This document shows positions 12,201 to 20,505 of a stretch of 64,000 bases of DNA, in pieces. Position numbers and translations under genes: made by a program. The notes beneath the pieces were generated by a model. That model made no database searches. It was not told the DNA's origin and was given only the letters and a program-made list of their open reading frames with translations. The stretch lies in IMG/VR virus record IMGVR_UViG_3300035698_035364, positions 38,985-102,984 of that record; one strand, given 5' to 3'. Numbering within the stretch: the stretch's first letter is position 1; every line of letters starts with the position of its first letter. Origin of the DNA: a virus.

Positions 12201-12203
12201 TAG
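6291..12203 (+). CDS. Giant virion/tail-associated protein with fibronectin type III repeats and BNR/Asp-box propellers
   Basis: FN3 signatures (YTYQIVAIDLSGNES, YTYFITSVDVYGNES, P..P.nl), Asp-boxes (SRNYGNDW, SSDQGLSW, SEDYGITW); N-terminal 'GVIEGWTI...ISAGMG' resembles phage tail/baseplate N-termini. Confidence 0.7.
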   Translation: MPFKTQHYQLQAFQFGDIYSARVDKRRFTIIDNQLAFLADQITDGVIEGWTITDNEDGTISISAGMGMISQRVIQTFGIVDYILESNSVKYLYMNAKTGEVGGLSGGSNISSVEGIDVTAPSPPTGIQQISSIAIYLASLSSYDVNLLTYLRRLLGLHDEDDAIELIPYKQIAFQWDANTEVDFSHYQVTRIDGSNVETLGTTVETVYADIGLQQDYTYTYQIVAIDLSGNESAIGEVQFATAEDTRIPASPLFVQTYPSNEALEVIWDHSPSDNVISYRVSIQPLDSNYNSDGNATVATVSSVGDDPFSSTYIIFENLNNNTNYEVTVYAVTAAGLLSEGISTREYVQFLAGAGEINNIDIEFATVNRQINEAQSTGLRANLTWRYRQDPYLPFVDKFLITFVENGTRTSEVIELLGSEVDVPCSSGAVDDICYSHSIDYLPYIVEGRIEYESIKEYTPYLVTIQTTDEDENASNGIVTRVNRTPVTDILPSVTDFSIEKKNDNSLFLKWVNPIESHFSYNRLTITITNLGGTINDPSIFEETIYINDQNTGKSDSFTIPSDQFDVNYRYNVEITSYNIFNTQGSRLETFEQFTEAADNLRPDAPLNVEIFSGDSQLYLQWEPDVSGELEFYKIYRAEYQLYLDTTNFAVIATIPASLDNFTDYSVPNGTAYTYFITSVDVYGNESLNPDDDTHLPVLSFSSTPAEMLSLSPPTNLEVGASSNEHDAQLVWDATPGLFDGYEILRSEGNNYSFQVIAHTPVSQVTYIDQDALLKDSVIYYYIVKKYKNESSLYVTSSAVSLSNSVHIGIVTTSNGIQNVSIDLSSVIDLENYQDPITTKTNNLILTHDHKNTENVDKRIELRAQVFVTDWATTDYQNYTTTEDIEGAGSYILSISGTINEEYFKDTQGNTDVARLRQAQARESPVLYEIDEENGKIVFNEPLYVDATTIDIPGLLLTFDSNVVTPYSDIPVVSLGLTGVSEVDGLLPVDKLGNLSATQFTTGQLTTAQMPGVRHEGRIGERLLPLLLPLRTVDNFVYDLAATYDDEDRNKMGDAVTFYDVINSEDADDLLAATSNGIWLSRNYGNDWSQVSTFNTAVHRLYKSVAGDYYAITNYSVYINDGTSFRSWTQMGGLEYAKVIRDITEDSDGNLYVSTDLGVFKLNSVSVPYIEDTWEKMPIFGPRSSEAYAIIYDDVSDRVLVSNELGLLASSDQGLSWVYITELESLVKIWDFKKEDGYIFALSVTDLYRQEAGVGDFVKVSEISANKCRRMVIFDDEIYVTTDVGPQISVSDDIYTDTDMSFAGIWSLINVNNNKLVVFSLNTIGNDLFVGTDRMLYLFDINKKLWLQYEQKNTVIPTFYVDKVLQKLGFYYNNGEGTYNISFDDLVDQTALLEVANKYDVYISEFGGWAHNKYDASFVVYRNSFQFGESRSSIVLDLNEFIDITYPTYTDSTAHEIKADEYKAQLEAQLSTLTGASAPIGDDLTILISDIYESFELFLSQIYEDARVVVDDDGNTVDFVLPPITTDLINQVISVSNFGVVTTTEESVYATINDLKNTAYTVSINTVNGVCVFGVAFDRYDELTMDIYEVTVKNIGDNTHRQIEDSFETIYSGFPSYLSQVQQINIAKLGIFTERQWPNQQASLSPHTQMKSIIPVDDSWYDTLNSTINYTEEKSHGTVPLSINYPSTTFYNYGAGNILVGGQGGVLSIDEDTLDIEEVSVGDISDQMVRDIFEYNNNIYVVTEKEIYISEDYGITWSEFNRSGLPNQIYVMGVASNNLLIGASDGVYVRSFDSPLIDWEKSISTTNPVTVMLSSNIVFVVLDKKVNITSNGYSFSDTDIGANLDITKIERYGFTNTYISTNQGLYSDNGTFNSTTPVLEEIDLGLLVNEIDVITVNDVHTNDTDKIVVGVSSGSYGLIEGNALKVKEFTALDTIHKVLVINDNIWLFGGNRVKVSYLDYPIRLSTGSPL

Positions 12204-12213
12204 GATTAGATAA

Positions 12214-14184
12214 ATGGCATTTACTTTATCATATGAGAGAACCTACACAAGATGCTATGATGTAGACATCGACGGCAATTTTGCTATCGGAGGATCAGAC
12301 GCAAATATTACTACTTTCCTATTTTCCAGGCAAGTAGATGGGACATGGTTAAAGCATACTGTTTATAACACACATAAGGGGGGATCGGCTATAGAGGATG
12401 TGTGGGCTGTTAGTGGGTTGACTCTTGGCAAGGATGGTAGAGGAGAAGTATTCGTTTTTTATAGGGATGAGAATGATACTTGGGATGTTTACAATGCTGC
12501 TTCCAGAAATCCTTCTGATCCGGAAGATGGGAAATCGTTGGTTGCCGAAGATGGTCTCTTGGGTGATCAATTTGGAATTGATGTTAGTATCAAGAACACT
12601 ATTATAGCTATCGGGGCACAAGGGAAAGATTCAAATAAAGGGGCTGCGTATATATATAAGAAAGATGGAGAGTTTTGGGGCCAAAGTGGAAGCACTATCT
12701 ATCCTTTGATAAGCACAGCAGATGATTACTTTGGTAATACTGTTGCTTTGAGTGATGATTTTTTGGTGGTGGGGGCCAAAGGTGACAATAGTAGTCAAGG
12801 TGCAGTGTATATATTTGAAGAAGACGAGGATACAGGAGAATGGGAACAAGTAACTAAATTATTAGCATCTGATGGAGTAGAAAACGATCAATTTGGAGGG
12901 GCAATATCTATCGATGGAAATTATATCGTCATTGGGGCGAAAAATAAAACTTCAGATGCAGGAGAAGCATTCGCAGGTGCGGCATATATATTCAAATATG
13001 ATGGCAGTAATTGGTATGAAATAGAAAAGATAATAGGAGTGGGGGAAACGATTTATGAGACAAACTATTTTGGATCTTCGGTAGATATCGATGGAGATTA
13101 TGTAGTTATTGGTGCGACAGGTGCGAAAACACATGGTACGGTGGACGTATTCTCTAAGAAGAGAAGTTGGGGACAATTAGTTAAATTAACTGGAGATCTG
13201 GGAGCCGGTGGTGGATCAGGGGATAATTTTGGATATGGAGCAGCCGTATCTGGTTCTATTATTATAGTTGGGGAACCTAATAAGCCTAGTATACAATCTA
13301 CTTACTTTTTTGAAAATCCTGCTTCTCAAGTTAGATTAGCACAGGAATTTGAAGTTGATGCAGCATACGTGCCTTCAAAAGCTACTGTTTACTTGAAAAG
13401 GGTAGGGGCCAATGTAAGTAATAATTGGGAGATTTATAATAACCAAAGAACAGTTATAGATGCAACGAATTTTTCTACTATTACTCAAGGAAGAAATAAA
13501 GTCATTTTTTCAGATACAATATCAGACTACACAGGAAATGGATATATGATATTGTTAAGTGAAGCATATAGCTCCTATAGTATTATCAACTATCCGGTTA
13601 GGGCAGTGATAGACGACACTTTTGATTTGTGGTTGAGGTATTATGCATTTGGAACTTCTATTTTAAACGTTGATATTCTATTGGACGGTGTAACTATAGC
13701 AACTATAGAATCTGAGTTAACGGATCCATCATTAAATTTGTGGGATTGGCTATCGACCAGTCTCACTTTGCCTGATACAAGTGAGCATACGTTAGGAATA
13801 AAAATAAAGGATAGTGATTGTGCTGTGGATAAGATATATATAGCCCCAGCGGGTAGTGCTTCTCCATATGCGGCCGGACCATCTTATAGTGTTAGCCCTT
13901 ATTTAACTGCACATATGCAAGTGTATACTTCTAATGGGTCTCCTGATGAAATGTTATATATATATGATTACAAAAATACTATTACAGAAATCGTTCAAGA
14001 TGATTGGTACAACTTTAATATTAATGTTGTTAGTAACGATTATGGTTATTTAGTTAAAGAGAATTTTGTGGGGAATTACTATTTAGTGATGTCATGCTCT
14101 GGGACAGACAACGATAATTTTATTATTTGGGATATGGCAAATAACGATGAATATCAATCACTGCCATCTGCTATTAAAATATAG
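12214..14184 (+). CDS. FG-GAP repeat (integrin-alpha-like beta-propeller) protein with C-terminal beta-sandwich/CBM-like domain
   Basis: Five FG-GAP repeats: DQFGIDVSI..IAIGA..GAAYIY, YFGNTVAL..VVGA..GAVYIF, QFGGAISI..VIGA..GAAYIF, YFGSSVDI..VIGA, NFGYGAAV..IVGEP. Confidence 0.8.
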   Translation: MAFTLSYERTYTRCYDVDIDGNFAIGGSDANITTFLFSRQVDGTWLKHTVYNTHKGGSAIEDVWAVSGLTLGKDGRGEVFVFYRDENDTWDVYNAASRNPSDPEDGKSLVAEDGLLGDQFGIDVSIKNTIIAIGAQGKDSNKGAAYIYKKDGEFWGQSGSTIYPLISTADDYFGNTVALSDDFLVVGAKGDNSSQGAVYIFEEDEDTGEWEQVTKLLASDGVENDQFGGAISIDGNYIVIGAKNKTSDAGEAFAGAAYIFKYDGSNWYEIEKIIGVGETIYETNYFGSSVDIDGDYVVIGATGAKTHGTVDVFSKKRSWGQLVKLTGDLGAGGGSGDNFGYGAAVSGSIIIVGEPNKPSIQSTYFFENPASQVRLAQEFEVDAAYVPSKATVYLKRVGANVSNNWEIYNNQRTVIDATNFSTITQGRNKVIFSDTISDYTGNGYMILLSEAYSSYSIINYPVRAVIDDTFDLWLRYYAFGTSILNVDILLDGVTIATIESELTDPSLNLWDWLSTSLTLPDTSEHTLGIKIKDSDCAVDKIYIAPAGSASPYAAGPSYSVSPYLTAHMQVYTSNGSPDEMLYIYDYKNTITEIVQDDWYNFNINVVSNDYGYLVKENFVGNYYLVMSCSGTDNDNFIIWDMANNDEYQSLPSAIKI

Positions 14185-14195
14185 GGACATGAGTA

Positions 14196-17100
14196 ATGTC
14201 GATTAATTTAATTGAATATTATAAAGCAGCTAACACTGAGTCATCTCTTGCAGCCGGTGTATGGAATATTAATTACGATAAGAGGCATTTATTCAAAGTT
14301 TCTAGTGATTATGACGCTGTGAATGAACATTTGGAAATAATTTCTTTACCACCTTCTAATGAGGCTACAAGTAATGTTAGTATTTTTTCTGGCCAGTTAG
14401 ATCAGAAGCTCGACAATACTAAGATTACATCGTTAAGTGCTAGGGCAGAAAAAGTAGAGCTAGACTTAGATGATAGGATAGTAACTGTTATTATTGATCA
14501 AAGTGGTAGTATGACATGGAATGATAATGGAAATTATCGACATCAGTTAGCAAAGAATTTGGTTGATAAGATAGAGTTTAATTATCCAGGAACTGTAAAT
14601 TATAATCTGATTAAATATGACTCTGCATTAGCTAGTATGTTGTTTTTTGGTCTTATTGAGCAAGAAGGCTTAGATATATATGACTTCAACAGTTTGGCTA
14701 AATTAATGTTGGCCGATGAAAATGCTAATTTTGCTGGTATAAGGGTCATTAGGAATGCAAATCGTTATCCAACTTCTATTGTTGATGGAGAGTTAGTCTC
14801 AGATGGGTTTATCAGTGCAATATTTAATACAGATTTAACTGAAAATAGCACCTATTATTATACTGTTTATACATATGATAATGACTTAAAATTCAGTGAA
14901 GGGGCAAGAATAAAGGTCACTCCTAGAACAAGGAATGTGCCTAGAGGTATTTTCTTATTTAATACTGTAGTCGATTCAGATGATTTGAGCAAGGGCAATC
15001 CTTTTGTGGGGAAGGGTGTTAATAACGATGATAATGTTACAGGGTTGTGGCATTTTAATGAAGGGGAAGGGCAGAACTTATATGATTTTAGTGGATCCGA
15101 TGTTATACTAACTATTGATGATCTTTATCCTACATGGTATGACCAAATTTTTACTCCTGCTGGTGACTCTGCTTTGTTTTTTGATGGAGATACAGACAGA
15201 GCGTACTATTCTGATACCGGCAACGATTTAAGGTTGTTTCATAATGATGATAATAATCAAATAACTATTATGGGGTGGATATTCCCTTATGATCTAGAAG
15301 ACTCTGCTATTGTAACAAGAGAAAGTGCTGGTGGGGGTGAGATTAACTATACCTTAGGTATTCAGTCTGGCCAGTTGGCATTTCATAATGGAAGGAATTC
15401 TACTACTACTAGTTTATCTTTAACAGCACATAAATGGCAGCATGTGGCAGTGACTTACAACATAGATGCTGAGCAAATTACGTTTTATATTAATGGTGTA
15501 GCCCAATCTCGTAATTGGATAGGAGATGCTTCTGTCCCTGACTCTACAGACAGTATGGAATTTGTTGTTGGACTGTCTAACTCTTCCTTCTTTTCGGTTC
15601 CGTATAGAGGGAAGATAACAGAGCTTAGTATCCATAATACTGTTAGATCTTCGGAATATATTAATGCACAGATTATAGATGCTACTATTTATGGAGATAA
15701 TAGTCTAGCGATAGATACTGAAGCGACTGGGTTGAAGGATGATAATGGAGATCGATTAGTTGTTTTGAAATATGAGATTCCTTTAGATTACAATTTCGCT
15801 GGTGGTGAAGTTGTAATAGTAAGAAACACTGAAAGAATACCTACATGGGAGGAAGATGGGGACATTATCCATCAGCAAGTTCCATCAGCGGGGCAGAATT
15901 ATGTAATTGATTCTGATGATTTTGTTTTTGGGGAAAAATATTATTATAGAATATATTCTAAAAATTCTTTGGGGAACTCTAGTTTTTCTTCGGACTCTCC
16001 TTCTTTAGAAGTAACTATACCTACCTCACCGACAACAGATTATTTTCTATCTTTAGGTGAAACATTAGCTTCTCCTGAATCTCCTTTGAATAATTTACCT
16101 TTAATTACTCCAGGTAATACCAAAGTATTTTTAAGATGGAAAAATGTTGCTCCAATAGACTCTAGGATACAGAGAGTCAGAGTATATTATTCTTCTATTG
16201 GATACCCTACTGTTGATAGTAGTGGTGGGTCAAATAGTCAATTAGTATTTTCTGGATTGCCAACAGATGAAAAGTTTGTTCATAGAGATCTAGTTAATGG
16301 ATCCAATGCCTACTATACAATAGTTAATGTAGATAAGTATGGTAGGGCTTCTAATTATGACGCTGATGGTGACCAGGTAGAAGATTTTTTACAAGCTGCA
16401 ACTGTCCCCTCTGCTACTGCTGATGAAAGTATAATTCCTCTACTAGATGTAGAGAACTTACATTATGAGTTGATAGATGGTAACTCTGTTAGCGTCAAAT
16501 GGGATATGCCAACGAAAAACCCTGAAAATATTGAGGCATATTTCGATCAGACTATTATTATTTATGCTTCTATTACTGATGAGTTTGGGCAAGCAATATC
16601 TGACGACGCTTTGACTAAAATGTATATTAGTGCCTCTATCTCTCAGGAAGAACAGGCAGAGGATGTTTTTGGAGCAGCGGATACAATAGATTTTGTAGAT
16701 GTGGACTCTTATACTTTCTTTGTTTCTAAGACTAGTGATGGTATTATAAAAGCAGTTTTAAAGATGTCGTCTAATCCTTCTATCATGTCTCAGATTAAAG
16801 GAGCATCTTTTACTATACAAGTTAAAACCTATATTCCTAAGGAAGGCTATGTGGCTCCTGATGTCACAACTGCATCTACGACAGGATTAGAAGAGTATGC
16901 CACTTTAATTGAGACACTAGCCGGGGGAGAGCAACAGGCATCGACAACATCATCTTCTGATAATGTGTTTGAATATTTTTCAAAACCGTTAACTGTGAAT
17001 TTCACTAATCCATGGGAAGTTGAGTTAGAGAGTAGAGATAATCAAACAGTTGATCAAAGATGTTATATCCAAAAAGTAGATTCGGTTACTGGCAATACTC

Positions 17101-20100
17101 AGTTGCAGGTAGTTAGGGAACACTTTGATGGTGTCTATATGAAGGCATCTGCTCCTTTTGTAGCTAGGGCCAAATTAAAATACAAAGGAGAGCCTATTGA
17201 CGCAGGTTCTATACAGATAGCGGTTTGGGATGCTGAGTTTGATAATCTTTGTGCTAATGCTGGTTCTCCCGGATCGGGTGGATTTGAGGGGCCAAAAATA
17301 CAGGTTAGCTCAACTGTTTTACCTCCTGATAATAGAATGGATATTTTGCAGGGGACAGAGCAGGGGTTGGGGAGCGACGGATTGTCCACCGACATACCTA
17401 TTTCTTATGTTGATATCCCTTTGTATGCTCCTGATATGCCTCATGCAGTTAGATTGTTTGTTAAGGGAACTAAATCAGGATATTCTTCTGTTAAAAATAT
17501 GTATGTTTTATTCCAGAGTATTTTACGGATGGATATACAAACTGATAGTCCAGTGGTGGATGGCCATGATGTATCCGAACAACAAGCTAATGCTTTTTTG
17601 ATTAACCCTGATTTTCCTAATTATGAGGTTAATGATTCAGATAAGTCTTTAATCACTTACCCTACTGACAATACGGTAGTTCAATGGTCTATTGAGAGAT
17701 TAGTAGGAGATATAGATAGAACTATTTATTCTATTGATAATGTTCCTATTGCTAATGGAGTTTATTCTTATACTAGAAATGGGCTTGCCAGGAATGTATT
17801 TTTAGGGCCTATACAGAAACCAGATAAAGAGATAAATGAGACACATGAAATTAAAGCAGTAATCGTTTATAACGGGCTAACTGCTGTAGCACGACAATTT
17901 GTAAAACTTAAGTTTAATCCACGCGAATATGATAAGTTCGGTGCTAAATTTTTAATGGAAATGGATGGAGGATGGAGAGGAATAGGAGATACCTTATCTT
18001 GGAGAGGATCGGGATGGTTAACAGCAGGTACATATCCTTTATGGGCAGATGGAACTGACTACAAGCGTGTTAAAATAGCTCGCGACCCTCAGAACGTCAT
18101 TGACTCCGAGTTTGGTGCGGGGCCTTGTTTTAGAACATGTGCTACTCAAGATGGTTCTCAGGTGTTTGAATTAAATTCAGGTCAAGTGGTCCATATCCAG
18201 AGTGAAGATCCTGATATAGAAATATTGCATGGAGAAATATACGAAGATTTAGATCCTTATACTGGCACTTATACTCTCAGGCAAGGGGAAGATGGATTCT
18301 CAGATAATGGGGAGGCATTTGTATCTTTAAACAGCGAGACGGAATCTGATATCACTTATTTTTATATTAGGGCTAATAAATTCACTCCAACTTCGGGTCA
18401 GAGATGGCATACTAATTGTGACAAGGCAGAAGCTATTAACGAGTGTAAATGTTTGGGGTCGAATCCTAATATTGGCTTGACTGATTGTGACACTCCAGGA
18501 TGGACCCCTGTTATATACTTATCTGGCTCAACTACTTTATTTGTGGATGATCAGCCTCTAGTATTAACTGGAGGTGGTGATTTTGAAACAGGAGTGCCAC
18601 CTTGTCCTGTGTGTTTAAAAGAGCCTTTAACTACTTCTACTATTTCTCGCACTATAACTGATTATTATTACAGAGAGAATCTTATTAATCCGTCTCTATC
18701 GGGTATGACTGGAGTTACCTCTGAAGTCGATAATAATAATTTCTTAGGGCCAAATGGCGATGATGCCCTTATCCGATATACAACAGATATAGATATTAGA
18801 ATGAAAGTATTATGGAGAGGGTCTGCTGTTCCAGATAATACTCCGGTGTATATCTCTATTGGCAATAATGACGGCAATACATTTTTTGTGGCAAGTAGGA
18901 ATATATATTATACTCAGACTGATGAAACAACTGTTCCTCCTCATAGCTACGTAGATATTAGGATAGGCACTAGAAAGCCTCCTACTGCGAGGGTCACTGA
19001 GTTGGTATACGCTTATACTAATTATGATGAAAATGGGCAGACTACTAGAGAAGTTGGAGAAAGATACTCACTAACTTTAGATCATACTGATATCCCTAAA
19101 GATATTGTTGTTAGGGAAGAAGAGCAAGAGCCTGAGGTTCCTCCTACTACTCCTGAACCAACTGCATTTTCAGCTACTATAGAAAGATATAATATACTGT
19201 CTAATGAGTGGGACACTGTTAGTTCGATGCAGGATGGCAGAGGAAATCTATTTGCCGGTGTAGTTAATGATACGATATATGCGATGGGAGGGTTAAAGAA
19301 TAATAGCCTTGATCTATCATCTAGAAATGAGATTTATGACCCTGTAGATGATGTATGGTCAGATGGGGCCATAATGCCTACTCCTAGAATGGCTGGTGCT
19401 GCTGTAACTATAGGTAATGATATTTACACAATAGGAGGAATAGGAGTAGATGATGTGATAGGGAATGGAGGATTCAATGTGGATTCAACCGTAGAAGTAT
19501 ATCATACTGATACGGGTACATGGGAGACTCTAGCATCTATGCCAATCATCAATGAAGGAGGAGTTTATGAGGAGAAGTTGGGAGTTGCTTTTGGAACTGC
19601 TCAGCATATCGTAATAGCAGAGGGAAGTTTAGAAAGAGACTATATCTATATCTTAAGTGGAATTAATACTGTTAATTACACTGGTGAATTATTTTTGGCC
19701 GAGAAATATAATGAGAGAGTATTACGATACTCTGTGCAAGATGATGCATGGGAATATTCTGAAGTTTTAAGAAGTGATGAGTTAGTCGCTTATCAAAGAG
19801 TAGCACCTTTGTCGTTGGCATACAACGATAGGATTGTTGTGTTTAATGGAGCAATAGAAACTGAAGGGGCATTTATTTATCCTAAAGAAGATTTTAGTGT
19901 TACTATAGAGGAGGATTTTGCTAAGTCTGTGGGGGCTGAATGGTTGCAATTTGGCAGTGGATATTTAGAAGATTTCCCAGAGCCAAAATTCCAAGCATCT
20001 CTAGTGAGATATGATTTAAATCCTTCTACCGATCATTCCGATTATTATATTTTCGGAGGGTATAACAAAGAGTCGCAAAATCTAGATATTGTAGAAAGGT

Positions 20101-20315
20101 TAACTACTCATGTGTCTGAGTTCGTGTATGAAAGTAGCTATGAAGGCAATCCATCTGCAAGATTAGCATCGTTGATATCTTCTAAGCATGGCATGTCGGC
20201 TGTTTTGTGTAATGCTCCTGATGGCTCTTTAGGAGATTTCCCTTATGTCTATTTAATAGGAGGATATGTGACAGCCAGGGATAATAACTATGTAGATATT
20301 GGTTTTGATATATAA
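14196..20315 (+). CDS. Giant multidomain virion/adhesin protein: partial vWA (DxSxS), LamG-like jelly roll, FN3-like and C-terminal Kelch propeller
   Basis: IIDQSGSM MIDAS motif; LamG pattern (GLWHFNEG..ITIMGWI..WQHVAVTY..TFYING..GKITELSI); Kelch repeats (IYAMGG, IYTIGG, YYIFGG, VYLIGG). Confidence 0.75.
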   Translation: MSINLIEYYKAANTESSLAAGVWNINYDKRHLFKVSSDYDAVNEHLEIISLPPSNEATSNVSIFSGQLDQKLDNTKITSLSARAEKVELDLDDRIVTVIIDQSGSMTWNDNGNYRHQLAKNLVDKIEFNYPGTVNYNLIKYDSALASMLFFGLIEQEGLDIYDFNSLAKLMLADENANFAGIRVIRNANRYPTSIVDGELVSDGFISAIFNTDLTENSTYYYTVYTYDNDLKFSEGARIKVTPRTRNVPRGIFLFNTVVDSDDLSKGNPFVGKGVNNDDNVTGLWHFNEGEGQNLYDFSGSDVILTIDDLYPTWYDQIFTPAGDSALFFDGDTDRAYYSDTGNDLRLFHNDDNNQITIMGWIFPYDLEDSAIVTRESAGGGEINYTLGIQSGQLAFHNGRNSTTTSLSLTAHKWQHVAVTYNIDAEQITFYINGVAQSRNWIGDASVPDSTDSMEFVVGLSNSSFFSVPYRGKITELSIHNTVRSSEYINAQIIDATIYGDNSLAIDTEATGLKDDNGDRLVVLKYEIPLDYNFAGGEVVIVRNTERIPTWEEDGDIIHQQVPSAGQNYVIDSDDFVFGEKYYYRIYSKNSLGNSSFSSDSPSLEVTIPTSPTTDYFLSLGETLASPESPLNNLPLITPGNTKVFLRWKNVAPIDSRIQRVRVYYSSIGYPTVDSSGGSNSQLVFSGLPTDEKFVHRDLVNGSNAYYTIVNVDKYGRASNYDADGDQVEDFLQAATVPSATADESIIPLLDVENLHYELIDGNSVSVKWDMPTKNPENIEAYFDQTIIIYASITDEFGQAISDDALTKMYISASISQEEQAEDVFGAADTIDFVDVDSYTFFVSKTSDGIIKAVLKMSSNPSIMSQIKGASFTIQVKTYIPKEGYVAPDVTTASTTGLEEYATLIETLAGGEQQASTTSSSDNVFEYFSKPLTVNFTNPWEVELESRDNQTVDQRCYIQKVDSVTGNTQLQVVREHFDGVYMKASAPFVARAKLKYKGEPIDAGSIQIAVWDAEFDNLCANAGSPGSGGFEGPKIQVSSTVLPPDNRMDILQGTEQGLGSDGLSTDIPISYVDIPLYAPDMPHAVRLFVKGTKSGYSSVKNMYVLFQSILRMDIQTDSPVVDGHDVSEQQANAFLINPDFPNYEVNDSDKSLITYPTDNTVVQWSIERLVGDIDRTIYSIDNVPIANGVYSYTRNGLARNVFLGPIQKPDKEINETHEIKAVIVYNGLTAVARQFVKLKFNPREYDKFGAKFLMEMDGGWRGIGDTLSWRGSGWLTAGTYPLWADGTDYKRVKIARDPQNVIDSEFGAGPCFRTCATQDGSQVFELNSGQVVHIQSEDPDIEILHGEIYEDLDPYTGTYTLRQGEDGFSDNGEAFVSLNSETESDITYFYIRANKFTPTSGQRWHTNCDKAEAINECKCLGSNPNIGLTDCDTPGWTPVIYLSGSTTLFVDDQPLVLTGGGDFETGVPPCPVCLKEPLTTSTISRTITDYYYRENLINPSLSGMTGVTSEVDNNNFLGPNGDDALIRYTTDIDIRMKVLWRGSAVPDNTPVYISIGNNDGNTFFVASRNIYYTQTDETTVPPHSYVDIRIGTRKPPTARVTELVYAYTNYDENGQTTREVGERYSLTLDHTDIPKDIVVREEEQEPEVPPTTPEPTAFSATIERYNILSNEWDTVSSMQDGRGNLFAGVVNDTIYAMGGLKNNSLDLSSRNEIYDPVDDVWSDGAIMPTPRMAGAAVTIGNDIYTIGGIGVDDVIGNGGFNVDSTVEVYHTDTGTWETLASMPIINEGGVYEEKLGVAFGTAQHIVIAEGSLERDYIYILSGINTVNYTGELFLAEKYNERVLRYSVQDDAWEYSEVLRSDELVAYQRVAPLSLAYNDRIVVFNGAIETEGAFIYPKEDFSVTIEEDFAKSVGAEWLQFGSGYLEDFPEPKFQASLVRYDLNPSTDHSDYYIFGGYNKESQNLDIVERLTTHVSEFVYESSYEGNPSARLASLISSKHGMSAVLCNAPDGSLGDFPYVYLIGGYVTARDNNYVDIGFDI

Positions 20316-20316
20316 T

Positions 20317-20502
20317 ATGGCTAATGAATATAAAATAATTAAATGCAAGTTAGATGGTAAGCAGTCGGTATCTGTCCCTATTGATATTAAGCAGAATGGG
20401 AGATATGTCGAAGAGAGGGTTAATGTACAAGTACAAGGATTTTTGAAGTTCAGTGAAACTGCTGCTCAAGAATCTCAGGTGAATGATAAGACTGCTATTT
20501 AA
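20317..20502 (+). CDS. Short ORF, probably the N-terminal part of the downstream gene, cut by an in-frame TAA
   Basis: ATG at 20317 one base after the upstream stop; same frame as 20506..23430, separated only by TAA CCA. Confidence 0.5.
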   Translation: MANEYKIIKCKLDGKQSVSVPIDIKQNGRYVEERVNVQVQGFLKFSETAAQESQVNDKTAI

Positions 20503-20505
20503 CCA